A stretch of DNA of 63,972 bases, filler included, from Octopus bimaculoides (taxonomy: Eukaryota): NCBI RefSeq assembly GCF_001194135.2. It is 7 parts of 7 records of this genome, joined end to end, with 100 filler letters (N's around TTAATTAATTAA, not from the genome) between each part and the next. Parts side by side here need not be neighbours in the genome. Positions count along the whole stretch, not along the records: positions 1 to 6,737 come from NC_068987.1; positions 6,838 to 28,738 come from NC_068986.1; 5 more parts are not named here. The stretch is one strand, 5' to 3'. Position numbers and translations under genes: made by a program. Under the pieces are notes generated by a model. It did no database searches. It saw only the letters and a program-made list of their open reading frames with translations, and was not told where the DNA came from. Shown here piece by piece: positions 1 through 12,182 of the stretch (positions within the stretch are counted from its first letter, which is position 1; every line of letters starts with the position of its first letter).

Positions 1-77
1 TATATATGTATGTATGTATATATGTGTGCGTGTGAGAGAGAGAGTTATATATACACATATTTATACATATACATATG

Positions 78-119
<42 letters not shown>

Positions 120-529
120 AGCGTGTGTGTGAATGTGTGTGTTTGTGTGTGTGTGCGTGCACGCGTGCGTCTCTGTAAGTGTGCGTGTCTGTGTCTGTGC
201 CTGGTTCATGTACCCGTGCATTTGCGATAGCTTAATGACTATATTTACATGAAATACAAAATACAAAGTATGGAATAAAGAATACAAAATAAACGAAAGA
301 AGTTATGTGATTGTCTTATCTTGACATCTGTTACCTAATGCCATAATTACGTTATTCCATAGACGATAATATTGTAGGTGTTTGCAAAAAATTAATTCAC
401 TAGGAAACATTAAGCGAAATTATATCAGTCTACATCGGAATTCGAATTTAATTTCTCATTTTTCGAACAATACTACCACGTGAATATCTATACCACTTTT
501 GGTATTACGTTCTCTAACATCCGTACGTT

Positions 530-569
<40 letters not shown>

Positions 570-574
<5 letters not shown>

Positions 575-725
575 TTTTCTTCCTCCATCTTTCCTTCCTT
601 TGGACTTTCTTTGTTTCCGACGAAGAGCTCCGCTCGAAACGTCAAATTCTCTTTCTTTCCTTTCCCGAGCGTCCGATAACACAATCCGTATCACGTCCTC
701 ACTTTGTTGTTGTTGTTTTTTTCTC
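570..725 (+). mobile_element. Short non-coding repeat (family H2) carrying a hammerhead-like motif at 613-647; probable Penelope-like terminal fragment
   Basis: Homologous in reverse orientation to 2862-3060 and 28190-28385 (shared GAAGAGC...CGAAACGT and TTCCCGAGCGTC..TAACAC). Confidence 0.65.
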
Positions 726-888
726 TTTTTCCTTTTTTGAACTTATATTTATGTATATACGTATATATACATATACAAATAGATATATAAATAGAATATA
801 AATAGAATGAGAGATAGATAGTTACATAGACAGACAGACACACAGACAGATAGATAGAAAGACAGACACACAAACAGAGAGACAGACT

Positions 889-974
<86 letters not shown>

Positions 975-975
975 T

Positions 976-1029
<54 letters not shown>

Positions 1030-1295
1030 GCAGGCAGACAGACTGAGAAACAGTGATTGACTGATTACTTAATTGATTGATTGATTGATTGATTATATGA
1101 TTGATTGATGGATTGAGCAGAAATTTTTTTTTTGTCTATATTTTTTTAGCATTTCCTAAGCTCTTGCACGATAGCATTCCTTTTATATCTTCAAAATATT
1201 CACTTTTGCTATTAACACCACCTTATTAGTTCTATTTACAATTCCTTTTTTTTTTTTAACTTTGTTTCTGCCGTTGACCACTTTCCAATATTAAT

Positions 1296-1623
1296 TGCTT
1301 TAACACTCCGTCGGTTACGACGACGAGGATCCCAACTGATACGATCAACGGAACAGCTTGCTCGTGAAATTAACGTGCAAGTGGCTGAGCACCCCACAGA
1401 CACATATTCCCCTAATGTAGTTCTCATGGAGATTCAGCGTGACACATAGTGTGACAAGGCTGACCCTTTGAAATGCAGGGACAGCTCATTCTTGCCAGCT
1501 GAGTGGAGTGGAGCAATGTGAAATAAAGTGTCTTGCTCAAGGACACATCGCTTCGCCTGGAATTGAACTCACGACCTTACACTCGTGAGTCGAATGCCCC
1601 ATTCACTAATCCACGCGCCTTCA
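1296..1623 (-). mobile_element. tRNA-derived SINE, family D (CORE-like central motif)
   Basis: Minus strand has an A-box-like head, B box GAGTTCAATTCC, then TGTCCTTGAGCAAGACACTTT; second copy at 3275-3450. Confidence 0.8.
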
Positions 1624-2063
1624 CGCTTTCCAATATATAGTTTGTGTGTAAATTAGATGGGATTTCTTTTGCAGCTGAATATCAGCTTGTAACTTCAGCC
1701 TAGGTAGAGTTGAAAATTGTGATAATGCCGGGTGTAAACTGTACAATGACGGTTTAGTGACACTAATTCCATCAACCTTTAATGAGCACGAACTTTGCAT
1801 ATATTATTTGATTTTCTGTTAACCAGTAGAGACTAGTTCCCTTTCCAGAGAAATTGCTGCTAAATTAGGTAAACTAAATTTTTATACGTGCTCAAAATGA
1901 CTTGCGTTTATAATGACGTTAGCAAATGTTATCTAGAATTAATGAGGTCCAGTTTGCTTTTTGACTAATCTAAGAATAGAACGGAGAATCTTGAAGGAAG
2001 AATTCATGTATACATACGTATACAGATATGAACATATATATAAATTAATCATACATATATATA

Positions 2064-2690
2064 TGGGGTTGGCAACTAAGTTCCCATCGTTGTTGTTAAA
2101 TTTAAACTTTTTAAAAGGTTTAATAAATAATAACAACTAATTAATCAATAATGTATTCACCGTTGTTGTTTACAAATTCTTCCCAAAGCACAACAATATT
2201 TTCAATACTTCCTTGGTAGAAATCACCCGATTTCGACTCGAAAAACTGATCCAACCAAGCTCTCAATTCTGCATCAGTATTGAACGAAACACCGCACATA
2301 GCATTTGAAGGACATAGAAAGAGGTGGAAATTCGTTGGTGTCAAATTATGAGAGTACGGCGGATGTGGCAGCACTTCCCAGCTATGCGTTTGAATGGCTT
2401 CCTTGGTCACATTGGCGATATGAGGGCGGGTGTTGTCGTGCAGAAGAAGAACTCCATGCTGCCGATTAGGTCCTTTCTCTTGAATAGCCATGTTGATCGT
2501 TCCGTCTGTTGAACATAGATTTCCGCGTTGACCGTTTGGTTCCATTCAAGCAATTCGTAATGGATAATCTCTTCCCAGTCCCACCATACGCACGACATCG
2601 TTTTACGCGGATAAAGATCTTGTTCCACGCGCGGTGTCGCTTATTTACCGGGGCTCAGTCGTTCCTCACTCTGCCTCACATTGATGGAGG
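2064..2690 (-). mobile_element. mariner (DD34D) transposon 3' half, mellifera-subfamily-like, degraded
   Basis: Frameshifted transposase motifs CVWWDWEEIIHYELL, LLHDNTRPH, VLPHPPYSHNLTPTNFHLF, ending EYIID*; TA followed by TIR-like TGGGGTTGGCAACTAAG at 2064. Confidence 0.9.
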
Positions 2691-2861
2691 TGTTTGGAAA
2701 AAAAATTAAGTCGCTAGGAAACATTAAACGAAATTATATCAGTCTACATCGGAATTAGAATTTAAGTTCTCATTTTTCCGAACAATATTACCACGTGAAT
2801 ATCTATACCACTCTTGATATTGCGTGCTCCAACACCTGTGCGTATATATGTGTATATATAT

Positions 2862-3060
2862 GGGAGAATTTAGGAACAAAAACAACAGACGAAGACAAGT
2901 GGTGTAAACAACAAAGGGATGTATTAGTTTAACCCTCGGGAATAGAGAAAGTTTTTGACGATTCGAGTCTACGCTCTTCAACTGAAAGGAACGTAGAAAG
3001 AAACATGGAGAGAAACAACGAAAGAAAATAAATAAATGTAGTGGTCAACGAAATATCCAG
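2862..3060 (-). mobile_element. Family H2 repeat, degraded hammerhead-like motif at 2952-2988
   Basis: Aligns with 28190-28385 along its length and with the reverse complement of 570-725. Confidence 0.65.
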
Positions 3061-3274
3061 AAATAGTATGTTTTATCTTTTTTTCTTTTTTTCACATATA
3101 TATTTTCATACTTACTTTATGCAGTGCAGCATGAGGTTTCATCATATTTAGACCTCTATTAATGAAAACGATTAAACCCAATTTTTCTTTGTTATTTCTT
3201 GTCGAATAAGAACATGGCTTCCGTGACGTCAAACACACATGCACACATACAGAATACGCACACATACGTCTCAG

Positions 3275-3450
3275 GAACATTCAGCATGACAAACAGTATG
3301 ACAAGGCTGGCCCTCCAAATAGAGGTACTACTCATTTTTGCCAACTGAGTGGACTGGAGCAAAGTGAAATAAGGTATTTTGCTCAAGGACTCAAAGCGCC
3401 GCCGGGAATCGAAAACGCGGCCCTACGATGGCGAGCGGAATACCCTAATT
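3275..3450 (-). mobile_element. SINE family D, diverged copy
   Basis: Similar to 1430-1600 (GACAAGGCTG, CTGAGTGGA.TGGAGCAA.GTGAAATAA, GCTCAAGGAC). Confidence 0.7.
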
Positions 3451-3539
3451 CTTTGTCTGTTAATATTTTGCATGTATCATGTCCTCGCGTTGCTGTTCTT
3501 TCTTGTTGCATTTTTTCTTCATATTTTGGTGATTAATTA

Positions 3540-3800
3540 TATATGTATGGTGGTTGTCTACTCCTTATACAGAGCTTGACCACCTCCTGTAGCTACACCT
3601 TAGCACCATCATGGCGTCTGATGTGGCATATTAAACCAATGTTCTGAAAAGACAGCCACATAGGTTGCACCTCTGATTTGGAAAACCAATAGCTGCAGAT
3701 AAGTTCTGCTCTTTGTGAATCTGAACATGACTGTTGAGGCCTCCATTGGATTTGCAAACCTTCTGGCATATATTGCATTGAAAGGTGTGCACAGACATAT
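3540..3800 (-). mobile_element. Non-LTR retrotransposon (RTE-type) 3' end with two C2H2 zinc-finger remnants
   Basis: FQCNICQKVCKSNGGLNSHVQIH, then CNLCGCLFRTL/GLICHIRRH across a frameshift; no splice context; flanked by microsatellites. Confidence 0.65.
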
Positions 3801-4580
3801 ATATATAAATATATATATATATATNNNNNNNNNNNNNNNNNNNNNNNNNNNNNNNNNNNNNNNNNNNNNNNNNNNNNNNNNNNNNNNNNNNNNNNNNNNN
3901 NNNNNNNNNNNNNNNNNNNNNNNNNNNNNNNNNNNNNNNNNNNNNNNNNNNNNNNNNNNNNNNNNNNNNNNNNNNNNNNNNNNNNNNNNNNNNNNNNNNN
4001 NNNNNNNNNNNNNNNNNNNNNNNNNNNNNNNNNNNNNNNNNNNNNNNNNNNNNNNNNNNNNNNNNNNNNNNNNNNNNNNNNNNNNNNNNNNNNNNNNNNN
4101 NNNNNNNNNNNNNNNNNNNNNNNNNNNNNNNNNNNNNNNNNNNNNNNNNNNNNNNNNNNNNNNNNNNNNNNNNNNNNNNNNNNNNNNNNNNNNNNNNNNN
4201 NNNNNNNNNNNNNNNNNNNNNNNNNNNNNNNNNNNNNNNNNNNNNNNNNNNNNNNNNNNNNNNNNNNNNNNNNNNNNNNNNNNNNNNNNNNNNNNNNNNN
4301 NNNNNNNNNNNNNNNNNNNNNNNNNNNNNNNNNNNNNNNNNNNNNNNNNNNNNNNNNNNNNNNNNNNNNNNNNNNNNNNNNNNNNNNNNNNNNNNNNNNN
4401 NNNNNNNNNNNNNNNNNNNNNNNNNNNNNNNNNNNNNNNNNNNNNNNNNNNNNNNNNNNNNNNNNNNNNNNNNNNNNNNNNNNNNNNNNNNNNNNNNNNN
4501 NNNNNNNNNNNNNNNNNNNNNNNNNNNNNNNNNNNNNNNNNNNNNNNNNNNNNNNNNNNNNNNNNNNNNNNNNNNNNNNN

Positions 4581-4613
<33 letters not shown>

Positions 4614-4709
4614 TATAGATAGATAGATAGATGCACACACACACGCACACACATATATATATATATACATGTATATACATACATACATAAATATATATAT
4701 GTATGTGTA

Positions 4710-4784
<75 letters not shown>

Positions 4785-6781
4785 ATGTGTGTATGTGCGT
4801 GTGTGTGTGTATATAGTTGTATCAAATTATCAATGCTTCAAATAAAATTCCTAATATTCAGAAGTAGTTACCTAATTTCATAAAAAAACAAAAACGTTCA
4901 ACCTCCATACCGACACAAGTAAATATATTCATTTGCAACAATCAATTGCTACAATAATCTAGATACCATCTACTTTAATCCGAAAACCCGCTAATGTTAT
5001 TATATTACCAATATTTCTTTTCAGTTTATTATTATGTTAATAAGTGATTTTAGCAGAGCATCCATTCTCTTGGTGTCATGTTTTATACAATTTAATCTTC
5101 TGCGATTATGTTGGCGCCATATTACCCATTAAACTAAGTATTTATACACAAAAGATAACAATAGGAAGTAATAGTTTTTATATGTATTGAAACACATTCT
5201 TCAGAATAAAGTATAATACGATTCTTTATTGATTTATTGTTGTTTGCACCAAACCTATATTCTTTAAGAAGGTCAAACCTACTTGATGTTTGTCACATAG
5301 AGGTGCAGCAATGGATTGGCTTTGAACACATTTATAAAAAATGATTGATTTATTTTTATTTCAATTGATACAGGTATCGCTGTTTCTTCAAGTGGTTCAT
5401 TTCATAAACTACAGATTCGGGTTCAATGCCAAAGTAGCTTTTGCAATTATCTTCTGCTGTAGCGTTACCTTTACAATTCGGGTAAATATACAGAGTTGGC
5501 CAAAACTTACCCGACAGGAAATCGAAATTCCATAAATACAATCTGTAATTCTGTATTGACTCTAATGGAAAAAATTGTCGCTCAAGAAGGACTTCAGTTT
5601 GAAACATTTTCATGTTGTTTCATATTTAGATGCCTTTACTAAATTCATTCCATTGTTAAACATAAATAAATCATGAAATTAAATAGTCTTCATTTCGTAC
5701 CAGGTGTTTTTTTGGTCAATCCTGTATATGTGTATGAAAGCACATTATGCCACATCAAGACAGCAGTCAAATGACTGAAACCAGAGAAGCAATACGAAAT
5801 AAAAACAACCAGACGGAGGAAAATTCTTCATATATATAGAAGATCCAAAAAGAAAATTGCAGATATTATGCAAAACCATACAGTGTAATTTCCAGGAGAT
5901 GCCGTCTCTGCTCCGAGGAATTCCTGTCTTTTCTGTGAACTAACCAAGAGATACTTAATAGAATTTTTGAAATTCTATCGAGATGACTACACGCATATAA
6001 ATGTACTTTCGCACAATGCAGTGAGAATGAATTTTGAGTAACGGTTAATTTTATTTTATTTTACTTTTAGGTATAGAGGACTTAAATTTAATTTAAACCT
6101 CCCCGTTCATCTAAACACATACTAAATATCTAACTCACTTTGTAATGAGTGCGCCTAACCTCGCGTGTCTGTATGCTCACACTTTTGTCAATGCTTGTAT
6201 GCGCGTGTGTACTCGCGCAATGCAGCTTGCCCGAGGGCATTTATACATACATATATGTTTACGGTTATTTTGAATACTTTTCTCGCTGGATTAAATGTTC
6301 GTTTCTCTTTTTGTCTTCTGCAATTTTATTTTTGGATTTTTTGACTGTTTTTCTCTCTATAAAACGAAAACTTGCATTATGGAACAGTCATTTTAATGAG
6401 TTTTTTATTTATTTATTTATTTATTTATTTATCACTGACGAGATACATCTGCACCACCGGATACTCCTGAACCAGTTTTTGTGTATCCCACCCATGAGGG
6501 GTCGATGCTAGATATGTTGAAACAATTGTTTTAATTAATAATATATTCTCGTATATTCCATCTTCTGTTTTTCATTTGTTATTTACATAATGATCATGCT
6601 GAATGTGACCGTGCTTTACCAGTAAGCTGCCAGGTGTAAACTATGTGTTTTATTATCCATTATATATAAATATAAACATAAATAAATAAATATAAATATA
6701 AATAAATAAATAAATAAATATATATATATATATTTATNNNNNNNNNNNNNNNNNNNNNNNNNNNNNNNNNNNNNNNNNNNN

Positions 6782-6793
6782 TTAATTAATTAA
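6782..6793. other. Artificial scaffold linker (44 N + TTAATTAATTAA + 44 N)
   Basis: Identical 100-nt block recurs at 28783, 36876, 48694, 52823 and 62635; the 12-mer gives stops in all six frames. Confidence 0.95.
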
Positions 6794-6837
6794 NNNNNNN
6801 NNNNNNNNNNNNNNNNNNNNNNNNNNNNNNNNNNNNN

Positions 6838-7087
6838 CCAGTGGTTAGGGCAGCGGAATCGCGGTTGGAGGATTGCGGTTTCGATTTCCAGACCGGGCGT
6901 TGTGTGTGTTTATTGATCGAAAACACCTAAAGCTCCACGAGGCTCCGGCAGGGGGTGGTGGTGAACCCTGTTGAACTCTTTCGTCCAATTTTTCTCTCAC
7001 TCTTTCTTTCTGATGCTGCTGGGGGAGGGGACACATACGCCATAGAAACTGGGAAACCGGCCCCATGAGCCTGGCTAGGCTTTAAAT
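6838..7087 (+). mobile_element. tRNA-derived SINE, family E
   Basis: A-box-like CAGTGGTTAGGGCAGCGG, B-box-like GGTTTCGATTTCC, GC-rich non-coding body; 5' end lost in the gap. Confidence 0.65.
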
Positions 7088-8159
7088 GATTATAATTTTC
7101 TTTCGAAAAACATAGCGTAGAAGTCCTCAAGTCGAACACGAGGCACTAGACAAGTATAATAGATACAATTAGAAATATAGAAATATAAAAATCTATGAAT
7201 AATAATACACATGGTTCTATAAAGCATCAAATTATCTCGTACCTGATAAGGAACTAAATGAATACCTATCGGAAACACTATTTCCCCCTGATGATGGGGG
7301 CATTCTATGGAAATGAATCTGATGATTCATATGTAATCTGGATGAATGTACTCCTGTAACATGTTACCCAAAACTCTTTTTAATGCCTATTACTTTCTCT
7401 ATATTATGTTTTGATCTTTTTTCTATATTCCATTATTATTTTTGCTTATATTCTATTATTATTATGTCTACATATCTATATGTCCATGTATGTTTTTAGT
7501 ATTCATATATTTTTTATATTTCTATATTTTGATATTTCTAATATATCAATATGTTTCAGTTTGGACAATTCTTATTCTATCCTAATTAAACCTGTATATG
7601 TATGTGTTAATCGTAGTCTGTCTGATTTTAACCTTTTCAATTGTATCTTTTATACTTATATACCTATGTATACACGCACACACACACATACACACACACA
7701 TCGTTATTTTAATTTCGCTTAGACATAGCGATATTACTAACTTGGTGTTGAATACAGATATTAATATAAAATTAAATAAATGACAAAAATAACAGGTGGT
7801 TACGCAATAAACTTCATTAACTTACAGCTGTTTCTGACACAAGATGCACTGCACTCAGAAATGACTACATGTGAACCACTTTATATCTTCCACAGAACTT
7901 CTAGAATGAAATTAATTTTTGTTTTGGAAACCAGTAAAGACACGACTATCTCTGATCGCCTACTATGTACTATCTCGTACTCGCCTATTTATAGTGATTA
8001 ATTCATTCAACTTGTCACATGAGAAGGATGTACCATTGTTCGTATTATCCTTATAACATCTCGCCTTTTAAGTTTTTCTTTGGAAATGTTTAATTACAAT
8101 AATTTTTTCATCACAACACCTCCTTTTTTAAAGTTTTTTTCAAGCATTAGTTACACATT

Positions 8160-8625
8160 TGACATTTGTTCTGCTTGACATCTACTTTCAAGAACTCAGT
8201 ACGTTTTATTTTCCTTTCACTTGTACACCTGGGTTCAATTACTTGTAGTGGCATCGGTACTTGGAATGCATTGTATAACCATTCCATCGGTTCCTTCAAT
8301 CTCTTGGGTTCGCTCTCCACGTATATTTTTTTTTCTGTTGGTTCAGGTGTCTCTTATATACGCCTTTCTACTTTTTTACCCTGTACAGCATTTTCCCTAT
8401 TCGTTTGTAAATACGCCGTCTTCCCAACTCTGTTTTTCATTCTTAAATGCCCACATAAACACCTTTTCACCAGTTTTAAATAATCTTGCTATGTTTTCGC
8501 TGGCACTTTTTCTCTTCTTGCCTAGTAGCAATTTATCAAAGACTGATCTTACTTTCCTCGCAAACATCTGCTCCGCAGGTGATCTACTTGCTAGTGTATT
8601 CGGATTTGGTCTCACACGGTATTGA
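8160..8625 (-). mobile_element. Ty3/Gypsy LTR retrotransposon integrase C-terminal fragment
   Basis: YRVRPNPNTLASRSPAEQMFARKVRSVFDKLL...FKTGEKVF...SWEDGVF resembles the post-catalytic SPAE(L)MFGR(K)IRT and W..G.I motifs of Gypsy integrases; internal stops. Confidence 0.75.
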
Positions 8626-8968
8626 TTTTAAGGTGTGCATGTGTTTTGTAATGATAACAACTTTTAAGATGATAATGATGGATGATATTGAAGAAAATGA
8701 TGATCAAAAATTAAAAAAAAAAAGATGAAAATAAGTAAAAGGAAAAAGTTGACAAAACAAATAATAAGGATGTTTCTGTGAATACTCAGAGGATTTCTTC
8801 CTGGATATTTGTCAACTGAAGATCGCACCAACACACATCTGCAATATCTTAACATTCCTTATTTTAATCATTTCAACAACAACGAAATTGGAATTATAAA
8901 ATTTGCTTTCAAACTAAGAACTATGTTAAATTTGTTATCGATATCATACATACATACATGCACGCACG

Positions 8969-9000
<32 letters not shown>

Positions 9001-9796
9001 NNNNNNNNNNNNNNNNNNNNNNNNNNNNNNNNNNNNNNNNNNNNNNNNNNNNNNNNNNNNNNNNNNNNNNNNNNNNNNNNNNNNNNNNNNNNNNNNNNNN
9101 NNNNNNNNNNNNNNNNNNNNNNNNNNNNNNNNNNNNNNNNNNNNNNNNNNNNNNNNNNNNNNNNNNNNNNNNNNNNNNNNNNNNNNNNATATGTTATTCA
9201 GCTTCATCTGCTGGGTGCGTGTAGGTTCATTTCTGATAATATGTTCATGTATTGTTTATGACAAAAAAAAAAAAAAAGAGAAGAAAGAAGGGAAAAAAGA
9301 AGCTACACGTAGAACACATAACTTAGAAGTAGCGCTATGGATGTGCTAGCACACAAGATTGAGACATGGCTGACCTCACGCACTTCTCCTGAGGAATTCC
9401 GGAAGGAGCTTCGTGAGACCACTGCTGAGACGTTTCCGAAAAAAAAGAAGCAGAAAAGCCGTTGGAAAACCGATTATAGCAGCGATTCCATCAATTCCTC
9501 GGGATATCTGAAGAAGGAATTTTTATTCCTAAATATATCAGACTATGGATGATTAAATTACAACAGTTATTATAGTCCATTGTTTGTATTATAGTGCATT
9601 GTTGTGTCATTCAAAACATTTTATTCTTTATTTTACTCTGTTTTTGCAAAGAGCGTTGATCTGGTGGGGTATTTAAAGTAATAACAAGATCAAGAGAAAC
9701 GACAAACTTACGAGAGTGACTATATGTATGATCACTTTATCTACCAGAAATAGTGACTTAATCTCATTCCAAAACACACTGTATCAACTTTACACA

Positions 9797-9918
9797 TCGG
9801 GTAATGTAAACCTAGAGACATTGTCTAAGCATGAAAACATACGATGAGATGATCACGATAGGAAAACTGTTGACCAAAATTGTATTCAATCCGATTTGAA
9901 CCTGCGGTTAAAAACAAA
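9797..9918. repeat. Direct repeat copy 1 (~120 bp, about 90% identical to 12018-12140)
   Basis: CGGGTAATGTAAACCTAGAGACATTGTCTAA...GGAAAACTGTTGACCAAAATTGTATTC present in both copies. Confidence 0.9.
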
Positions 9919-11656
9919 AAAACAAGCAAAAAAAAAAACTGAAGTGACTTATAATTAAGTGCTTCCACCCACAATTCACCTGAAAAACAAGCATTATCCG
10001 AATACATTTGACCGTCTCTAGATTATTTCCTTTATCATTGTTTTGAAATTACACTAAATTAACTGCTACATCAATTACAACAAAAGATATATAACTAAAA
10101 CAAGGTAAATAAATATCTAATACACACGACCACACATACACACGTTTAAATGTATGTGTATGAAATTTCTTCCCAGAATGCAAATTTGGCAATTCTCCTC
10201 TTTGTATCGTTTTTTCCAGACTATATCTTACCAAAACATCGATCGATAATTTTTGTTCGATTTTTGAGAAATAGTGAGGATAACACGACTAAATTAACGT
10301 CGACAACACAATACCCATATTTACACGTATTCTTTCACTACCGTTTGTATAGAGGTGGGCAAGTGAAATATTCCTAATGAAGACTGCACTTTTTACTTTT
10401 TAGATTTTTTAGTGACTCACGACTCTGAAATCGTACTTAAAAATTAAATAGACCGTTGGTACTAATAGCAAAAGTGGCATTACTGTAAAGACAGAACTAA
10501 TGGAAAAGTAGTACCAATAGAAAGTACAAATCAATGAATTGAACAGAAACAAGAAGACTGTTACAGGTTAATTACTAACAACACTCAGTCCCTTCTCTGT
10601 TGTTCATAAAGTGTCCGTTACGTTATGCTATATGTGCTTGAGTATATGCGTATAAATGGGTAAATTGCATTGAAAGTGGCATTTTTGCAGGTAAATATGT
10701 CCCAAACGTATTTGAGTTCATCAAATGTTTGTTTAATTCGCAACACTGCTTTTACGTGCGTGCAACGTATTCAATTCTAGCCTTGCCGGTGTCTCACGTT
10801 ATTTGTTTACAATTTACACTGATTTTCTATAAGGAAATCTTGACTTCCAGAATCAGTTCAGAGTTGTCTTTCTAGCGTGTCACGATATTGACGCCAAACA
10901 GCTTGAAATGTATTCATTGTTCTATCAAAGAGCGGTGTGAGATTCCTGTCGGTGTTATGACACCTACAGCCTAAAGCGAGAATTTTCCCCATGGCAAATT
11001 ACAGTGAAAATAGCACTTTATTAAAGATCAAACATATCCCAAACATATTTGAACAAATCTAAGCGTTTATCTAATTCACAACACTGCTTTCACGTGTTTA
11101 CTACAGAGCGCGCGCGCACACACACACACACACACTCACTCACTCACTCACTCACTCACTCACTCACTCACTCACTCACTCACTCACACACACACACACA
11201 CGCACACACACACACACACTTCAGTGTTGCATTTGTTTCAATCTAAGACCGTGTGTTGCAATTGACACAATTGTAGCGTATAAGAGTTTATTTAGCACTT
11301 TAAAAGCACTCATAAGTTGTTGTAATTCCATTCGCTTTAATTTCTATTCTAATATTACAAAGTGCCAGGAAGTTTTTCCCGTTTCTAATTATTAACAAAT
11401 GCAGCTGCAATGAAATCACACACNNNNNNNNNNNNNNNNNNNNNNNNNNNNNNNNNNNNNNNNNNNNNNNNNNNNNNNNNNNNNNNNNNNNNNNNNNNNN
11501 NNNNNNNNNNNNNNNNNNNNNNNNNNNNNNNNNNNNNNNNNNNNNNNNNNNNNNNNNNNNNNNNNNNNNNNNNNNNNNNNNNNNNNNNNNNNNNNNNNNN
11601 NNNNNNNNNNNNNNNNNNNNNNNNNNNNNNNNNNNNNNNNNNNNNNNNNNNNNNNN

Positions 11657-11690
<34 letters not shown>

Positions 11691-12017
11691 TCACTCTGCA
11701 AAAAGGATGAAATAGATCTTGGCAAATCAACTTGAAACCACCTTCACGTATCTTTGGCTAATAGATCAGCCTGAAATAAAGTATTCCATGTCACTGAACT
11801 CGTCAGTAACCCAGTCCATGTTTACTGGTCCAGAGTGTTCAGCAAATCCATGTATATTTCAAAAGTGTAAAAGGTACATATTATACTGAGTATCAATTGG
11901 TAAACAAAAGGAATAGATTGAGCAAAATATCAGTACACTCATTTAATTAGTCTGGTTATTTATTACCAATACAAAGTATATTCACACTGTACCGACTTTA
12001 ATAAAAGGAAATGCACG

Positions 12018-12140
12018 TCGGGTAATGTAAACCTAGAGACATTGTCTAAACACGAAAACATACGATGAGGTGATCACGATAGGAAAACTGTTGACCAAAA
12101 TTGTATTCGATCCGATTCGGACCTGCGGCTAAAAACAAAC
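12018..12140. repeat. Direct repeat copy 2
   Basis: Aligns with 9797-9918. Confidence 0.9.
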
Positions 12141-12182
12141 AATGATGAGATGAGGAATTATGTACATATTTACATTATTTAC

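Noticed and set aside
7287-7330. CTGATGA motifs at ~7288 and ~7319
   Set aside because: Each sits in a simple hairpin loop with no properly placed GAAA or NUH.
7161-7547. ~40-bp imperfect inverted repeat (7161-7200 versus 7501-7547)
   Set aside because: Very AT-rich and short; cannot be distinguished from chance.
9337-9552. 71-aa ORF MDVLAHKIETW… as a small host gene
   Set aside because: No homolog recognised; it ends in a hammerhead-like motif and is more likely element-derived.
5352-10696. AG|GT recursive-splice-like sites at 5373, 6070 and 10690
   Set aside because: No host intron is established, and such motifs are frequent in AT-rich DNA.
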